DNA of 64,000 nt from an uncultured Lachnospiraceae bacterium (GCA_910579325.1 CAJTTU010000002.1:32106-96105), one strand, 5' to 3'; shown: positions 46,213 to 56,488, counted from the first letter of the stretch. A program made the numbers and translations. The notes: generated by a model not told the origin, from the letters alone.

Positions 46213-46785
46213 GATCTCACTCCCATTCTGCGATAAGTATAATCCGGCTCTGTGTCCTGCCGGGTTTTTATAAGGAAGAATTCACTCATTCATTATACCT
46301 TATATAGATTTGATATGTAAAGCTATATTTTTGGTTTTTCAGAGGCTTTTTCAGGAACTTTTACCAGATGCTTGTTCTGGCGCAGAGCTGGCACAAAATC
46401 GGCTCGAATTTGGCTTTAACTGGCACGAAGCAGGTCTTGAAAAATGGAAAAAATTCCTTTATAATAATGTCATCGAGCTCGAATTAAGGAAAAGTCAAAA
46501 TAATATATCACGAAACCTTCAAAGCTTCTGAAAAAGGAGAGACCTTTCCGAAAACCATTCTTAAGAAGTCCTTATGCGCATCAGGCTTTTATGTCACCAT
46601 TAAAAGTAGCAGAAACACAGATTCCCGATTCAAACGCCGCTTCAATGTAAAAAACAGGACGGTTATGGTATTGTCCGAGAATTCCCCATCAGGTTGTAGG
46701 AAGAATGTTAATGTGGTATAATGTGAACACTTATGTTACCAGACATTTATTTAGCAGTATTTTTACAACAGGAGGAATTTCTGAA

Positions 46786-48525
46786 ATGAGAAGAAGACCG
46801 GCGCCTGTGGCCCGCATATTTTTAATTGTGATTCTGATCGTCTGCCTGTTTGGCGGATTTACCCTGTACAAGAGATTTTCTCCTTCCAGGGAAATGGCGG
46901 ATTTAAACCAGGTCTATGACGTGAGCGGCGATCAGGCTGCGTTGGTGGTCAATGGCGAGTTGTCTTTATATAAAGGCGTGCTGTCAGAAGGAACCGTTTA
47001 TCTGGAACTGGATACGGTTAAGGTTCTGTTGAATTCCGGTTTTTACTGGGACAGAGAGAACGGACAGCTTCTCTATACCAATGCGCTGTCCACCTATACC
47101 GCGCAAGTCGGCGGCAATGCCTGCAGTGAAGCAGGGGGAGAGCCCCGGGTTATGGCCCATACCATTGCCTATGAAAACGGGGACACCCTCTATGTTTCGG
47201 TTGAGTATGCGGCCCTGTTTACAGATATGGATTATAGCATCTATGAGGAACCGGCCCGTCTGGTAATCGGTCTGGGGAACGGGGAACGAACCAGGGCTGT
47301 AGTCAGCAAGGATGCCGCAATCCGCAGACTGGGAGGGATTAAAAGTGAAGTTGTCCGAAAAGCGCCTGCCGGGACGCCGGTAACTGTTCTCTATGAGATG
47401 GAGAACTGGTCGGAGGTATGCACGGATGACGGATACATGGGATATATTCAGAACAAGGTTCTGAAAGAATATACGCAGAGTGTCAGAGAAAGCAGTTTTT
47501 ATGAGCCAGAGTATACCAGTATTTCTTTTGATCATAAAATTACCCTTGTCTGGCATCAGGTATTTGAGGCCGGAGAGAATGAAAAACTGTCAGAGCTGAT
47601 CGGGCAGACTCAGGGGGTTACTGTCGTCTCGCCCACCTGGTTTGCCGTAGATCGCAATGACGGAACCTTTACCTCCATAGCCGACGCTTCCTATGTGGAG
47701 CAGGCTCATGCCATGGGAATCGATGTCTGGGTGCTGATCAATGACTTTAATCATGAGATCAGTATCCAACAGGTGCTGGCATCCAGGGCTTCCCGGGATC
47801 ATTTGCGGGAAGAACTGGTGCGCCAGGTTAAAGTGCTGGGAGCCGACGGGATCAACATCGATTTCGAGTATATTACCCAGGCCTGCGCAGATGATTTTAT
47901 ACAGTTTTTAAGAGAACTGTCCGCAGATTGCCGAAGGGAGTCCCTGGTTCTCTCCATAGATAATTACATGCCTACCGGCGGTAACGCTTTTTATGATATG
48001 GAAACACAGGGGAAAATTGCGGATTATGTGATCCTGATGGGGTATGATGAACACTGGGACGGCTCCGAGGCCGGCTCCGGCGCTTCCATTTCCTTTGTGG
48101 ACAGGGGAATTTCCACCTCATTGCAGATGGTTCCGGCCGAAAAGCTGATCGGCGGCGTGCCCTTTTTCACCCGGATCTGGACCGAAACGCCGGAGGAGCA
48201 GGCACAGCCGGGAGCGGAGATCAGAGAGGATGGAAATTCAGTTTACGCGCGATATGCGCTGTCTTCGGAGGCCTGCGGCATGGAACGGGCATTTCGGGTC
48301 CTGGATGAGAACGGCGTCGTTCCTGAGTGGAATGCCGAATTGGGGCAGTATTATGGCGAATACCAGACAGAACAGGGAATAGTGAGAATCTGGCTGGAAG
48401 ACGAAAGGTCCCTGGAGGAGAAATTAAAGTTGATTTCTCAGAATCAGCTGGCCGGCGTGGCCGGCTGGAAGCTGGGGCTGGAAACCAGCGGCGTGTGGCC
48501 TGTGATCAGTCAGTATAACCATTGA
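46786..48525 (+). CDS. Membrane-anchored glycoside hydrolase family 18 protein with an SH3b-like domain (YaaH/YdhD-like)
   Basis: AGGAGG lies before the ATG at 46786. One TM helix, then SPTWF and the GH18 catalytic region GADGINIDFEYI. Confidence 0.75.
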   Translation: MRRRPAPVARIFLIVILIVCLFGGFTLYKRFSPSREMADLNQVYDVSGDQAALVVNGELSLYKGVLSEGTVYLELDTVKVLLNSGFYWDRENGQLLYTNALSTYTAQVGGNACSEAGGEPRVMAHTIAYENGDTLYVSVEYAALFTDMDYSIYEEPARLVIGLGNGERTRAVVSKDAAIRRLGGIKSEVVRKAPAGTPVTVLYEMENWSEVCTDDGYMGYIQNKVLKEYTQSVRESSFYEPEYTSISFDHKITLVWHQVFEAGENEKLSELIGQTQGVTVVSPTWFAVDRNDGTFTSIADASYVEQAHAMGIDVWVLINDFNHEISIQQVLASRASRDHLREELVRQVKVLGADGINIDFEYITQACADDFIQFLRELSADCRRESLVLSIDNYMPTGGNAFYDMETQGKIADYVILMGYDEHWDGSEAGSGASISFVDRGISTSLQMVPAEKLIGGVPFFTRIWTETPEEQAQPGAEIREDGNSVYARYALSSEACGMERAFRVLDENGVVPEWNAELGQYYGEYQTEQGIVRIWLEDERSLEEKLKLISQNQLAGVAGWKLGLETSGVWPVISQYNH

Positions 48526-49401
48526 ACGAAACCCCAGACGGCGGGCCAGTTTCAGAGAATCCGAATTGTCCGCCGGGACAGCGCAGAAAACCTCCCGGTA
48601 GTCCGTGCAATCAGAGAGATATTCCAGGCAGGCCCGGCAGGCTTCCAGCGCGTAGCCCTGCCGGCGGCAGCCTTCGGATAGGATATATCCGAGAAAAGGA
48701 ACCTCCTCAGCAGAGGAAGAAAGGGGTGATGATTTAAAATCGAATCCGCAGTGTCCGATGACGGCATTGTCTAAGCAGCGAAGGACTGTGTACATACCCA
48801 GCTGATAAAGGCCGTACATGGTCCGGATGTAGGCGTCTAAGAACGCTTCCGGTTCATGGGCGGGGAAAAACCAGTGTGCCGTGTGGTTTTCTCTATAGAT
48901 TTTGGCCAGCGGCGGCAGATCCGCCAGGCAGGTTTCCCGCAGAATCAGGCGGGGCGTGTGCGCGATCGTAAAAGGCAGGCCGTGAAAACGGCAGTAGGCC
49001 AGCCGCAGATAATCACCGAGGTCTTCGGTAAAATCCTGAAACAAATAAGGGGCCGGCAGATCAGGCGCGTCGGCTCTCTGAAATCCGGCGGCGGCTATGG
49101 AATATTTCCTGGCCGCCGCCAGTGTTTCCTCATTGTCTGAGATCAGCAGCAGGTGTTCCGGGGAAAAACGATGCCGGGAAAGATAATCAGTTGATGTTTC
49201 GCAATGGTCCATAAAACGGCCGGCAGATGCCTCGGAAGATTCCGTGAAGCAGCTGACCAGCGTTTTGGACGGTTCCATAAGATGGACGATGACGCCCTGG
49301 GATTTTTGCTGGCGTATAAATGCAGGCAGGGTGTCCGGAAGGCCGCCCTGCAAATGAATCAGCAGGGCATGGAATGTGTGGAAAGTTGTAGTATTTGCCA
49401 T
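48424..49401 (-). CDS. GNAT-family N-acetyltransferase with an N-terminal extension
   Basis: RLILRE...IGHCGF...LGYILSEGCRRQGYALEACRACLEY...NSDSLKLARRLGF. The 3' end overlaps the GH18 3' end by 102 nt. Confidence 0.6.
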   Translation of the reverse strand: MANTTTFHTFHALLIHLQGGLPDTLPAFIRQQKSQGVIVHLMEPSKTLVSCFTESSEASAGRFMDHCETSTDYLSRHRFSPEHLLLISDNEETLAAARKYSIAAAGFQRADAPDLPAPYLFQDFTEDLGDYLRLAYCRFHGLPFTIAHTPRLILRETCLADLPPLAKIYRENHTAHWFFPAHEPEAFLDAYIRTMYGLYQLGMYTVLRCLDNAVIGHCGFDFKSSPLSSSAEEVPFLGYILSEGCRRQGYALEACRACLEYLSDCTDYREVFCAVPADNSDSLKLARRLGFRSMVILTDHRPHAAGFQPQLPAGHAGQLILRNQL

Positions 49402-49485
49402 ATGTTTTTTATATTGTCCATCTATCGCTAATATAATGAATTTCTGAGCGGTTTACAATTGCCGCATTCCTGATTTACCGGCCAA

Positions 49486-49620
49486 TTAACACTTTTTTCC
49501 CTGGAACGCAAAGCCGCATTCCCAACATTCTTTAATAAAGGCTGTTTGATCGATATAGAAGTATCTCTCCCGGCGGATTGTCTCATAGTTCTGACGTCCG
49601 ATGCTTATGGCTCTTGCCAT
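49486..49620 (-). pseudogene. N-terminal fragment of an AAA-ATPase (PF09820-like) gene
   Basis: MARAISIGRQNYETIRRERYFYIDQTAFIKE matches the N-terminus of the predicted AAA-ATPase family, but the ORF ends after 44 aa. GGAGGGAAGG RBS. Confidence 0.5.
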
Positions 49621-49751
49621 GGTCCTTCCCTCCTTCTTCTGCCGCTGTTTTGTTGAAACAACAGAAATCTGCTGGCAAATCATCCGGCTCATGAGTGTAT
49701 CTTAAGTATAACGAGTAATTGAACAATTTACAATGATTACTTGTTGATCAT

Positions 49752-50435
49752 TTACGATAATTTTTGTATAAATGCATCGAACAGCTTCATGCCGTCCACC
49801 GTGTCGGAGCGGCTGTGGGTCATGCACATGCGCTCCGGGTGCCACTGGACTGCGATGATGGGCAGGCTGTCGTGTATGAGGGCTTCCGGGACATGATCGG
49901 TAGTTTCCTGGATGATATGAAGACCCCGTCCCAACCGGCCGACCGCCTGGTGGTGCGCGCTGTTGGTGATAAAACGGGAACCGTACACTTCATACAGGAA
50001 AGAATTTTTGGCGGTCCAGGTCTGGTGAATCAGATCGCCCTGATCAGACTGGTGGATGGCCGCCGTTCTGATGTGCTGAATCAGTGTACCGCCAAAATAG
50101 ATATTGATAATCTGCATGCCCTTGCAGATGCCCAGAACCGGTTTGCCTGCTTTTACAAAGGCGTCCAGCGTCTGCAACTGCCGCAGGTCGACGGTTCGGT
50201 CAATATTTTTGGCGCCTTTCGGCGGCTGATGGAAAAGTGCCGGATCGATATCCGCGCCGCCGGGCAGCAGCAGGGCGTTAAACTGCCCTATGGAGGATGC
50301 CGGGATATTTCCTTCGGATGCGTTTTCAGCCATAAATCCGATTGCAATGTCAACGCCGGCTCCTTTCAGAGCTTCTTCATAATTCCGGGTTTTTTCCGGA
50401 AGGCCGGCAATTAAAAATTTGGGGGTGGTTTTCAT
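49752..50435 (-). CDS. Class-I glutamine amidotransferase / peptidase C26 (gamma-glutamyl-GABA hydrolase family)
   Basis: PVLGICKGMQIINIYFGG, NSAHHQAV, VQWHPE. Confidence 0.8.
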   Translation of the reverse strand: MKTTPKFLIAGLPEKTRNYEEALKGAGVDIAIGFMAENASEGNIPASSIGQFNALLLPGGADIDPALFHQPPKGAKNIDRTVDLRQLQTLDAFVKAGKPVLGICKGMQIINIYFGGTLIQHIRTAAIHQSDQGDLIHQTWTAKNSFLYEVYGSRFITNSAHHQAVGRLGRGLHIIQETTDHVPEALIHDSLPIIAVQWHPERMCMTHSRSDTVDGMKLFDAFIQKLS

Positions 50436-50660
50436 TGCGATGCTCCTTATATAAAAACGATTAGTGATAGGTCAGTATACTAAACTATGAAGAGCATAGC
50501 ACAATTATGACAGGAAGGACAGAAAAATTTGAATTGTACTTTGCGGCGATAAGGTTTAAAATAGATACAAGTTTGAAACTAAACGGTCAAACCTTCCCGA
50601 AATGACGCGGCAGGCTGCGTCAGGGAAAAGGGGAATATAAAAGAAGAGGAGACATTGACG

Positions 50661-51080
50661 ATGAGAGACGAAAATTGCATTTTCTGTAAAATTGCTAACG
50701 GTGAGATTCCGTCCGCTACGGTTTACGAGGACGAAAAGTTCCGGGTGATTCTGGATCTGGGCCCGGCCACGAAAGGCCATGCGCTGATTTTACCGAAAGA
50801 GCATTTTGACGACGTATGCCAATTGAACGAAGTCTATGCTGGAGGCGTACTGCCGTTAGCGGCAAAAATCGGTCGGGCGATGAAGCAGGGGCTTGGATGC
50901 GACGGCTTTAACCTGGTTCAGAATAATGGCGGGGCGGCAGGGCAGACCGTGCGCCACTTCCATATGCATGTGATTCCCAGATATGCGGGGGGACCCAAAG
51001 GCATCGCCGCATGGGAACCCGGGTCAGCCGACGGCAAAGAGCTGGAAGAACTGGCGGATAAAATCAGAACAAATATTTAA
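50661..51080 (+). CDS. HIT-family (histidine triad) protein
   Basis: CIFCKI...GHALILPKEH...HFHMHVIPRY. Confidence 0.88.
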   Translation: MRDENCIFCKIANGEIPSATVYEDEKFRVILDLGPATKGHALILPKEHFDDVCQLNEVYAGGVLPLAAKIGRAMKQGLGCDGFNLVQNNGGAAGQTVRHFHMHVIPRYAGGPKGIAAWEPGSADGKELEELADKIRTNI

Positions 51081-51109
51081 GATAACCCGGTGCGAAGGGG
51101 AGCTGGAGA

Positions 51110-52183
51110 TCAGCTCCCGATTCCGGCCAGTTTTTTCAAAAGCGCCGTAATCTGTCCTGAGGCGTCGGAAAGCTGGCTGCTTTTCATGGCGTGGATATAT
51201 TGGCTGCGGTTCTCGTAGAGCTTCAGGACATCCTGATAAAGTCTGTCGGAGGTCATCTCCTCTTCTTCCAGAACTTCGGAAAACCCCTGCTTTTTAAAGG
51301 AACGGGCGTTTAGGATCTGGTCGCCGCGGCTGGCGGCAGTGGAGAGGGGAATCAGCAGCGCGGGCTTTCTAAGCGCCAGCAGTTCGCAGATCGCATTGGC
51401 CCCCGCCCGGGAGATTACCAAGTCTGCCGCTGCGAACAGGTGGCGCAGCGGTTCGTTCATGTATTCATACTGCACATAGTTTGCCAGATGGTCAAGCGTG
51501 TGGTCCAGGTTCCCTTTACCGCACAGGTGCACGACCTGAAAGGTGTCCAGGAGCCTTGGCAGAATGGAGCGGACCGCCTCGTTTACCTTCACGGAGCCGG
51601 AGCTGCCGCCGATAATCAGAAGAACGGGTCTTGAGGCGGAGAAGCCGGTCATTTTCAATCCGGTCAGCCGGTCCCCGGTCAGCAATTCTTCTCTGATCGG
51701 ACAGCCGGTCAGCACCGCCTTTTCTTTTGGCAGGCAGTCTAATGTTTCGGGGAAGTTGCAGCATATGAAGGAAGCGCCCGGCAGGCACAGCCTGTTCGCC
51801 AGCCCAGGCGTCATGTCGGATTCATGGAGCACTGCCGGGATTCTTCGCTTTTTGGCGGCCAGAACCACAGGGACAGAGACAAAACCGCCTTTGGAAAAGA
51901 TGACGTCAGGCTTATGTTTTTTTAACAGCGCGTCGGCCTCAAAAAAGCCTTTGATTACCCGGAATGGGTCCGTCAGGTTTTTCAGATCGAAATAGCGGCG
52001 CAGCTTTCCCGAGGAAATGCCGTCATAGGAAATACCGGCCTGTCTGACCAGTTCCTTTTCGATCCCTTCATAAGAACCGATATATCTGATATCAAATCCA
52101 GCTTCTTTTAAACCGGGCAGCAGGGCCAGATTCGGGGTCACATGACCCGCAGTGCCGCCCCCTGTCAGAATAATCCGTTTCAT
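51110..52183 (-). CDS. murG: UDP-GlcNAc:lipid I N-acetylglucosaminyltransferase
   Basis: MKRIILTGGGTAGHVTPNLAL, and the C-terminal LVISRAGANAICELLALRKPALLIP. Confidence 0.9.
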   Translation of the reverse strand: MKRIILTGGGTAGHVTPNLALLPGLKEAGFDIRYIGSYEGIEKELVRQAGISYDGISSGKLRRYFDLKNLTDPFRVIKGFFEADALLKKHKPDVIFSKGGFVSVPVVLAAKKRRIPAVLHESDMTPGLANRLCLPGASFICCNFPETLDCLPKEKAVLTGCPIREELLTGDRLTGLKMTGFSASRPVLLIIGGSSGSVKVNEAVRSILPRLLDTFQVVHLCGKGNLDHTLDHLANYVQYEYMNEPLRHLFAAADLVISRAGANAICELLALRKPALLIPLSTAASRGDQILNARSFKKQGFSEVLEEEEMTSDRLYQDVLKLYENRSQYIHAMKSSQLSDASGQITALLKKLAGIGS

Positions 52184-52208
52184 ACAATCCTCCGTTAACA
52201 GTTTCGTT

Positions 52209-52454
52209 TCAGCTTCTTGCCAGGTATTGTTTCAGCACCCGGGCCAGCTGGTCGGGGCAGGATGTGTCTTTGGACCCACAGCGGATTCCGCCAAGTTTTG
52301 AGATCACTTCCTGTACCTCCATGCCTTCTACCAGACGGCTGATGCCCTGAAGATTTCCGTGGCAGCCGCCATAGTAGGTGACGCCGTTTAATTTTCCGTC
52401 CACAACGTTAAATTCAATTTCGCTGGAGCAGACGCCCTGTGTCTTATAAAGCAT
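52209..52454 (-). CDS. TIGR03905-like TSCPD-domain small protein
   Basis: GVCSSEIEFNV.DGKL..V.YYGGCHGNLQGISRLVEGM...GIRCGSKDTSCPDQLA. Confidence 0.75.
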   Translation of the reverse strand: MLYKTQGVCSSEIEFNVVDGKLNGVTYYGGCHGNLQGISRLVEGMEVQEVISKLGGIRCGSKDTSCPDQLARVLKQYLARS

Positions 52455-52589
52455 ATGATTAACCTCCTGTATTCTTTCATATATTTATGGGGTTGGGTTG
52501 GTAGTGGATTTATCAAACCGTAATCTGGTAAATCCGCCTGCGAACAGTCGGCTTTCCCATCTTACGGTTTGGCACTGCTCATTGCCTGC
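52455..52589 (-). promoter_or_regulatory. Structured 5' leader, copy 1 of a paralogous pair (candidate unclassified riboswitch)
   Basis: Promoter TTGATT-17-TATAAT lies at 52624-52596. P1 is CAAACCGUAA/UUACGGUUUG enclosing P2 and P3. It aligns colinearly with the 56.6-kb copy and shows compensatory changes. Confidence 0.5.
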
Positions 52590-52853
52590 GTGGATATTAT
52601 ACCTCACCCCGAAAGCGTAATCAAGTTGTAAAACTTGAAGTTTTTGTATATAATAAGGTAGTGAAGCAATCGATGGATGTGAAATCGGAGAAATCCGGAT
52701 ATGAAATCGTGTAATGGTACATGCCCGGAAGGGTGGATGAAGACGGCGGCGGACCGGTCTGAGAAGCAGCAGGGGGTTGAGATATGGACCCGAAATGCTT
52801 ATGGAATGGGAACGGAGTCGCGAGGCTTTAGTAAAATGATCAGGAGGATACAT

Positions 52854-53546
52854 ATGATTGGAATCATTGGAGCGATGGATGAGGAAGTAGGCAGGCTGAA
52901 AGAGGTTATGACGGATGTGGAGATATCGAAGAAGGCCGGCATGGATTTCTGTAAAGGGAGGCTTCAGGGAAAAGATGCCGTGGTAGTGCGCAGCGGAATC
53001 GGCAAGGTGAATGCCGGAATCTGTACGCAGATACTTGCGGATGATTTTCATGTGGACTGTGTGGTGAACACAGGCATAGCCGGCTCCCTGAATACACAGA
53101 TCGATATCGGGGATATCGTCTTATCTTCCGACGCCCTGCAGCATGATATGGACGCTACGGGCTTTGGCTATGAGATGGGGGTGATTCCCAGGATGTCAAG
53201 ATCAGTATTTCCGGCAGACGGTCATCTGATCCAGCTGGCGAAACAGGCCTGCCAGAAAGTGAATCCGGATATCAAGACTTTCGTGGGCAGGGTGGTAAGC
53301 GGCGACCAGTTTATCTCAAATAAAGAAAAGAAGAACTGGCTGGAAGAAAAGTTCCATGGGTTTTGTACGGAGATGGAAGGGGCGGCAATCGCCCAGGCGG
53401 CTTATCTGAACGAGATTCCTTTTTTGATTATCCGCGCCATTTCCGATAAAGCGGACGACAGCGCGGGCATGGATTACAGCGTATTCGAGGCCCAGGCCAT
53501 CGAGCACAGTGTGAATCTGCTGCTGGAGATGTGCGCGCAATTATAA
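52854..53546 (+). CDS. mtnN: 5'-methylthioadenosine / S-adenosylhomocysteine nucleosidase
   Basis: AGGAGG lies before the ATG at 52854. MIGIIGAMDEEV, GIGKVNA, TEMEGAAIAQ, IRAISD. Confidence 0.87.
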   Translation: MIGIIGAMDEEVGRLKEVMTDVEISKKAGMDFCKGRLQGKDAVVVRSGIGKVNAGICTQILADDFHVDCVVNTGIAGSLNTQIDIGDIVLSSDALQHDMDATGFGYEMGVIPRMSRSVFPADGHLIQLAKQACQKVNPDIKTFVGRVVSGDQFISNKEKKNWLEEKFHGFCTEMEGAAIAQAAYLNEIPFLIIRAISDKADDSAGMDYSVFEAQAIEHSVNLLLEMCAQL

Positions 53547-53723
53547 GGATGTACGCGTAACGTCAAAAATGAGTTTTCTGTGAGTCTGCGGCGTTGTTTT
53601 GTGATACGCCAAATGAATTGCCCGGCAAAATCTGTCGAACGATTTTTCATATTTGATCTTTACAAATTCCAAATCCTGTGCCTATAATGTCTGTAAAAAT
53701 ATGGAATACAGGAGGGAGCTTTT

Positions 53724-54647
53724 ATGTTGGGATTTTTAGAAGCGGGATATGGAAACATTTTATTGGCAGTGATTTGTTTATTGGGGATTGCGGGCACATG
53801 GATGGCCGGCCGCCGCTACCGTCGTCTGACCCGGGAAATGGAAAGCCTGTCAGGAGGGCAGAGCAAATACCTGAAACAAATGAGGAATAAATTTGAGACA
53901 AGCTATCGGGTCAACAGGGGAGTCAATAACGTAGGGCTGTTTGTGGAGAGAAATGTGGCAGAATTCCGGCTCCTTGGCGTCAGGCTGAGCAAATTGGAGA
54001 ATATGGCCGCCGGGGCCGGCAGCCTGGCCTTTCTGTTGGGCTGTGGAGCCGCATTGTTTTGTTACCGGGCGGGGACGGCGATGGACACGGTGCGTGTGAA
54101 TCTGGCGCTGAGCCTGCTGATTTCGGCGGCTGCTATGCTTTATTGGAAGAATGCGGATGTGGGCCGAAGGGCCAGAGACTTTTGTATACATATCCAGGAC
54201 TACCTGGAGAATGTGCTGGCGAGCCGCCTTGCCGCCACGGCGCCCAGAGAAACCGGCGGGGCGGACATGCCTGTAAAGGAATATGGGGAGAAACCTGCCG
54301 GAGAAACCGTGCAGGCGGCAGAGGAGGTAACGAGAGTTTCCGGGGAACCAGTAAGGTTTTCCGGGGAGGAGTCAATGTCCGCCGGAAAGGGCTTAAAGCC
54401 CGCGGAAGGGGGTGGTCTGTCTGCTTCCGGGGCGGCATCCTTTAAAGAACCGGCGGATTATGAGCCGGCATATGGCGACAGGGAATCCCACAGGGAGGAA
54501 ATTGATTATCTGAGACAGAGCCTGGACCGGATCGCTTCCGGGAGAGAACCCCAGGCGGAGGAAGAGCGGCGGAAGCGTAAAAAACCCAGGTTATCCCCTG
54601 AGGAGCAGGGGCTGATTGAGGACATATTGAGGGAGTATTTTGCGTAA
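53724..54647 (+). CDS. Hypothetical membrane protein with a charged C-terminal tail
   Basis: TTTACA-18-TATAAT lies upstream (53659-53688) with an AGGAGGGAG RBS. At least 3 TM segments. No family recognised. Confidence 0.5.
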   Translation: MLGFLEAGYGNILLAVICLLGIAGTWMAGRRYRRLTREMESLSGGQSKYLKQMRNKFETSYRVNRGVNNVGLFVERNVAEFRLLGVRLSKLENMAAGAGSLAFLLGCGAALFCYRAGTAMDTVRVNLALSLLISAAAMLYWKNADVGRRARDFCIHIQDYLENVLASRLAATAPRETGGADMPVKEYGEKPAGETVQAAEEVTRVSGEPVRFSGEESMSAGKGLKPAEGGGLSASGAASFKEPADYEPAYGDRESHREEIDYLRQSLDRIASGREPQAEEERRKRKKPRLSPEEQGLIEDILREYFA

Positions 54648-54688
54648 AATGGTCCTATCATACAATATATAACAAAGGAGAATGAGAA

Positions 54689-56038
54689 ATGCAGGGAAAA
54701 GTGAGTTTTGATTATTCAAAGGCGGCAGGATTTATTTCTGAGGAAGAACTGGGTTATATGAAGGGGCTGGCGCTGACAGCAAAAGAGACGCTGGTGTCAA
54801 AAAACGGCGCCGGAAATGATTTTCTGGGCTGGATCGATCTGCCGGTGGACTATGACAAGGAAGAGTTTGCCCGGATCAAAAAGGCGGCCGACAAGATCCG
54901 GTCAGATTCCGATGTGCTGCTGGTAATTGGCATTGGCGGCTCTTATCTGGGAGCCCGGGCCGCAATCGAATTTTTAGGCCACAATTTCTACAATTGCCTT
55001 TCCAAAGAGCAGCGGAAAACGCCGGAAATTTATTTTGTGGGAAACAGCATCAGCAGCACCTATATCGCCCATCTGTGCCAGGTGCTTGAGGGCAAGGATT
55101 TCTCCGTGAACGTGATTTCCAAATCCGGGACTACCACGGAGCCTGCCATCGCGTTCCGTGTGTTTAAAAAGCTGCTGACTGAAAAATACGGCAGAGAAGA
55201 GGCGGCGAAGAGAATCTATGCCACCACGGACCGGGCCAAAGGCGCGCTGAAAAATCTGGCCGATACGGAAGGCTATGAGACTTTTGTGGTACCGGACGAC
55301 GTGGGAGGGCGTTTCTCCGTGCTGACTGCGGTAGGTTTGCTGCCGATCGCGGCCAGCGGAGCAGATATCGACGCATTGATGGAAGGGGCCGCTGCCGGAA
55401 GAAAGCATGCGCTGGAAGCTCCTTTTGAAGAGAACGACGCGGTAAAATATGCGGCTGTCAGAAATATTTTGCTGCGTAAAGGAAAATCAGTGGAAATCGT
55501 GGCGAATTACGAGCCCAGCCTTCATTATATTTCCGAGTGGTGGAAGCAGCTTTACGGAGAGAGCGAGGGAAAGGACCAGAAAGGAATCTTCCCGGCCGCC
55601 GTGGATCTGACTACAGACCTTCATTCTATGGGACAATTTATCCAGGATGGGGCCAGAATCATGTTCGAGACGGTATTAGAGGTGGAAAAACCCACTTGCC
55701 AGCTGACGCTGGAAGCAGAGGAGACCGATCTGGACGGACTGAATTATCTGGCCGGAAAGACCGTGGATTTTGTAAATAAAAGCGCTATGAACGGGACGAT
55801 TCTGGCGCATACGGACGGCAATGTTCCAAACCTGATGGTTCATATTGAGGAACAGTCCGCCTACTGCCTGGGCAAGCTGTTTTATTTCTTTGAGTTTGCC
55901 TGCGGCGTCAGCGGCTACCTTCTGGGTGTCAATCCCTTTAACCAGCCAGGCGTGGAAAGCTATAAGAAAAATATGTTTGCCCTTCTCGGCAAGCCCGGCT
56001 ATGAGGCGGAGCGGGAAGAACTGCTGAAACGGCTGTAA
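54689..56038 (+). CDS. pgi: Glucose-6-phosphate isomerase (449-aa Firmicutes type)
   Basis: [51 protein letters not shown]. Confidence 0.93.
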   Translation: MQGKVSFDYSKAAGFISEEELGYMKGLALTAKETLVSKNGAGNDFLGWIDLPVDYDKEEFARIKKAADKIRSDSDVLLVIGIGGSYLGARAAIEFLGHNFYNCLSKEQRKTPEIYFVGNSISSTYIAHLCQVLEGKDFSVNVISKSGTTTEPAIAFRVFKKLLTEKYGREEAAKRIYATTDRAKGALKNLADTEGYETFVVPDDVGGRFSVLTAVGLLPIAASGADIDALMEGAAAGRKHALEAPFEENDAVKYAAVRNILLRKGKSVEIVANYEPSLHYISEWWKQLYGESEGKDQKGIFPAAVDLTTDLHSMGQFIQDGARIMFETVLEVEKPTCQLTLEAEETDLDGLNYLAGKTVDFVNKSAMNGTILAHTDGNVPNLMVHIEEQSAYCLGKLFYFFEFACGVSGYLLGVNPFNQPGVESYKKNMFALLGKPGYEAEREELLKRL

Positions 56039-56218
56039 AAAGAGAACCTGAGGGCAGACAGTTAAAAAAATAAAATAAAAACTGAATATAGATAATGAAA
56101 ACTGAATATAAAGAATGAAATAAAGAAAACAGAATATAGACGAAACAGACGTAAAAAATCCCGGAAGGCCGAAAATGCGGCGTTCCGGGATTTTGCTATG
56201 AGAGCGCTTCGATTTTGA

Positions 56219-56488
56219 TCAGTCTTCTTCGATCACATGGATTTCCAGGTAATCGAAAGGAATCTTTTCGATAAAGCTGTCCTGATGGAACCGGGTTTTG
56301 GCATGGCGTTTGAATTCGGAGATATTCTGGTTCAGCCAGATCGGGTTACCCAGGTCAAACTGGTTACAGATATCCTCTAATCCCTGGAATACTTTCCGGG
56401 TCCGGTTCAGCTCCCTGTTATCATTTTCGATTACCGTATCCTGTAAAAGATGGTTGTCTTTGAAAATTTTTCCCCATAAACGAAACAT
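56219..56488 (-). CDS. Hypothetical small protein (89 aa)
   Basis: GGAGG lies 8 nt before the ATG. No family recognised. It follows leader copy 2. Confidence 0.5.
   Translation of the reverse strand: MFRLWGKIFKDNHLLQDTVIENDNRELNRTRKVFQGLEDICNQFDLGNPIWLNQNISEFKRHAKTRFHQDSFIEKIPFDYLEIHVIEED

Noticed and set aside
48424-48525. 102-nt convergent overlap of the GH18 and GNAT genes as a regulatory feature
   Set aside because: The conserved GNAT core ends near ..ARRLGF. The overlapping tail may be non-functional read-on until the first stop, so nothing supports a dedicated function.
49764-50414. 216-aa plus-strand ORF
   Set aside because: It is antisense to the peptidase C26 / glutamine amidotransferase gene, which carries the GICxGxQ, HHQAV and WHPE motifs.
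52455-52589. Assignment of the paired leaders to c-di-GMP-I (GEMM)
   Set aside because: Copy 1 begins with CACGCAGGCAA and contains GGGAAAGCC, which recalls GEMM. Copy 2 lacks the first element, and neither has the AGGUAGCGGGGUUACC-type 3' half.
52485-53051. 188-aa minus-strand ORF, and the long N-terminal extension of the mtnN ORF (52701-52853)
   Set aside because: The minus-strand ORF spans the leader/promoter region and the antisense of mtnN. The conserved nucleosidase sequence begins at MIGIIGAMDEE (52854), right after an AGGAGG RBS.
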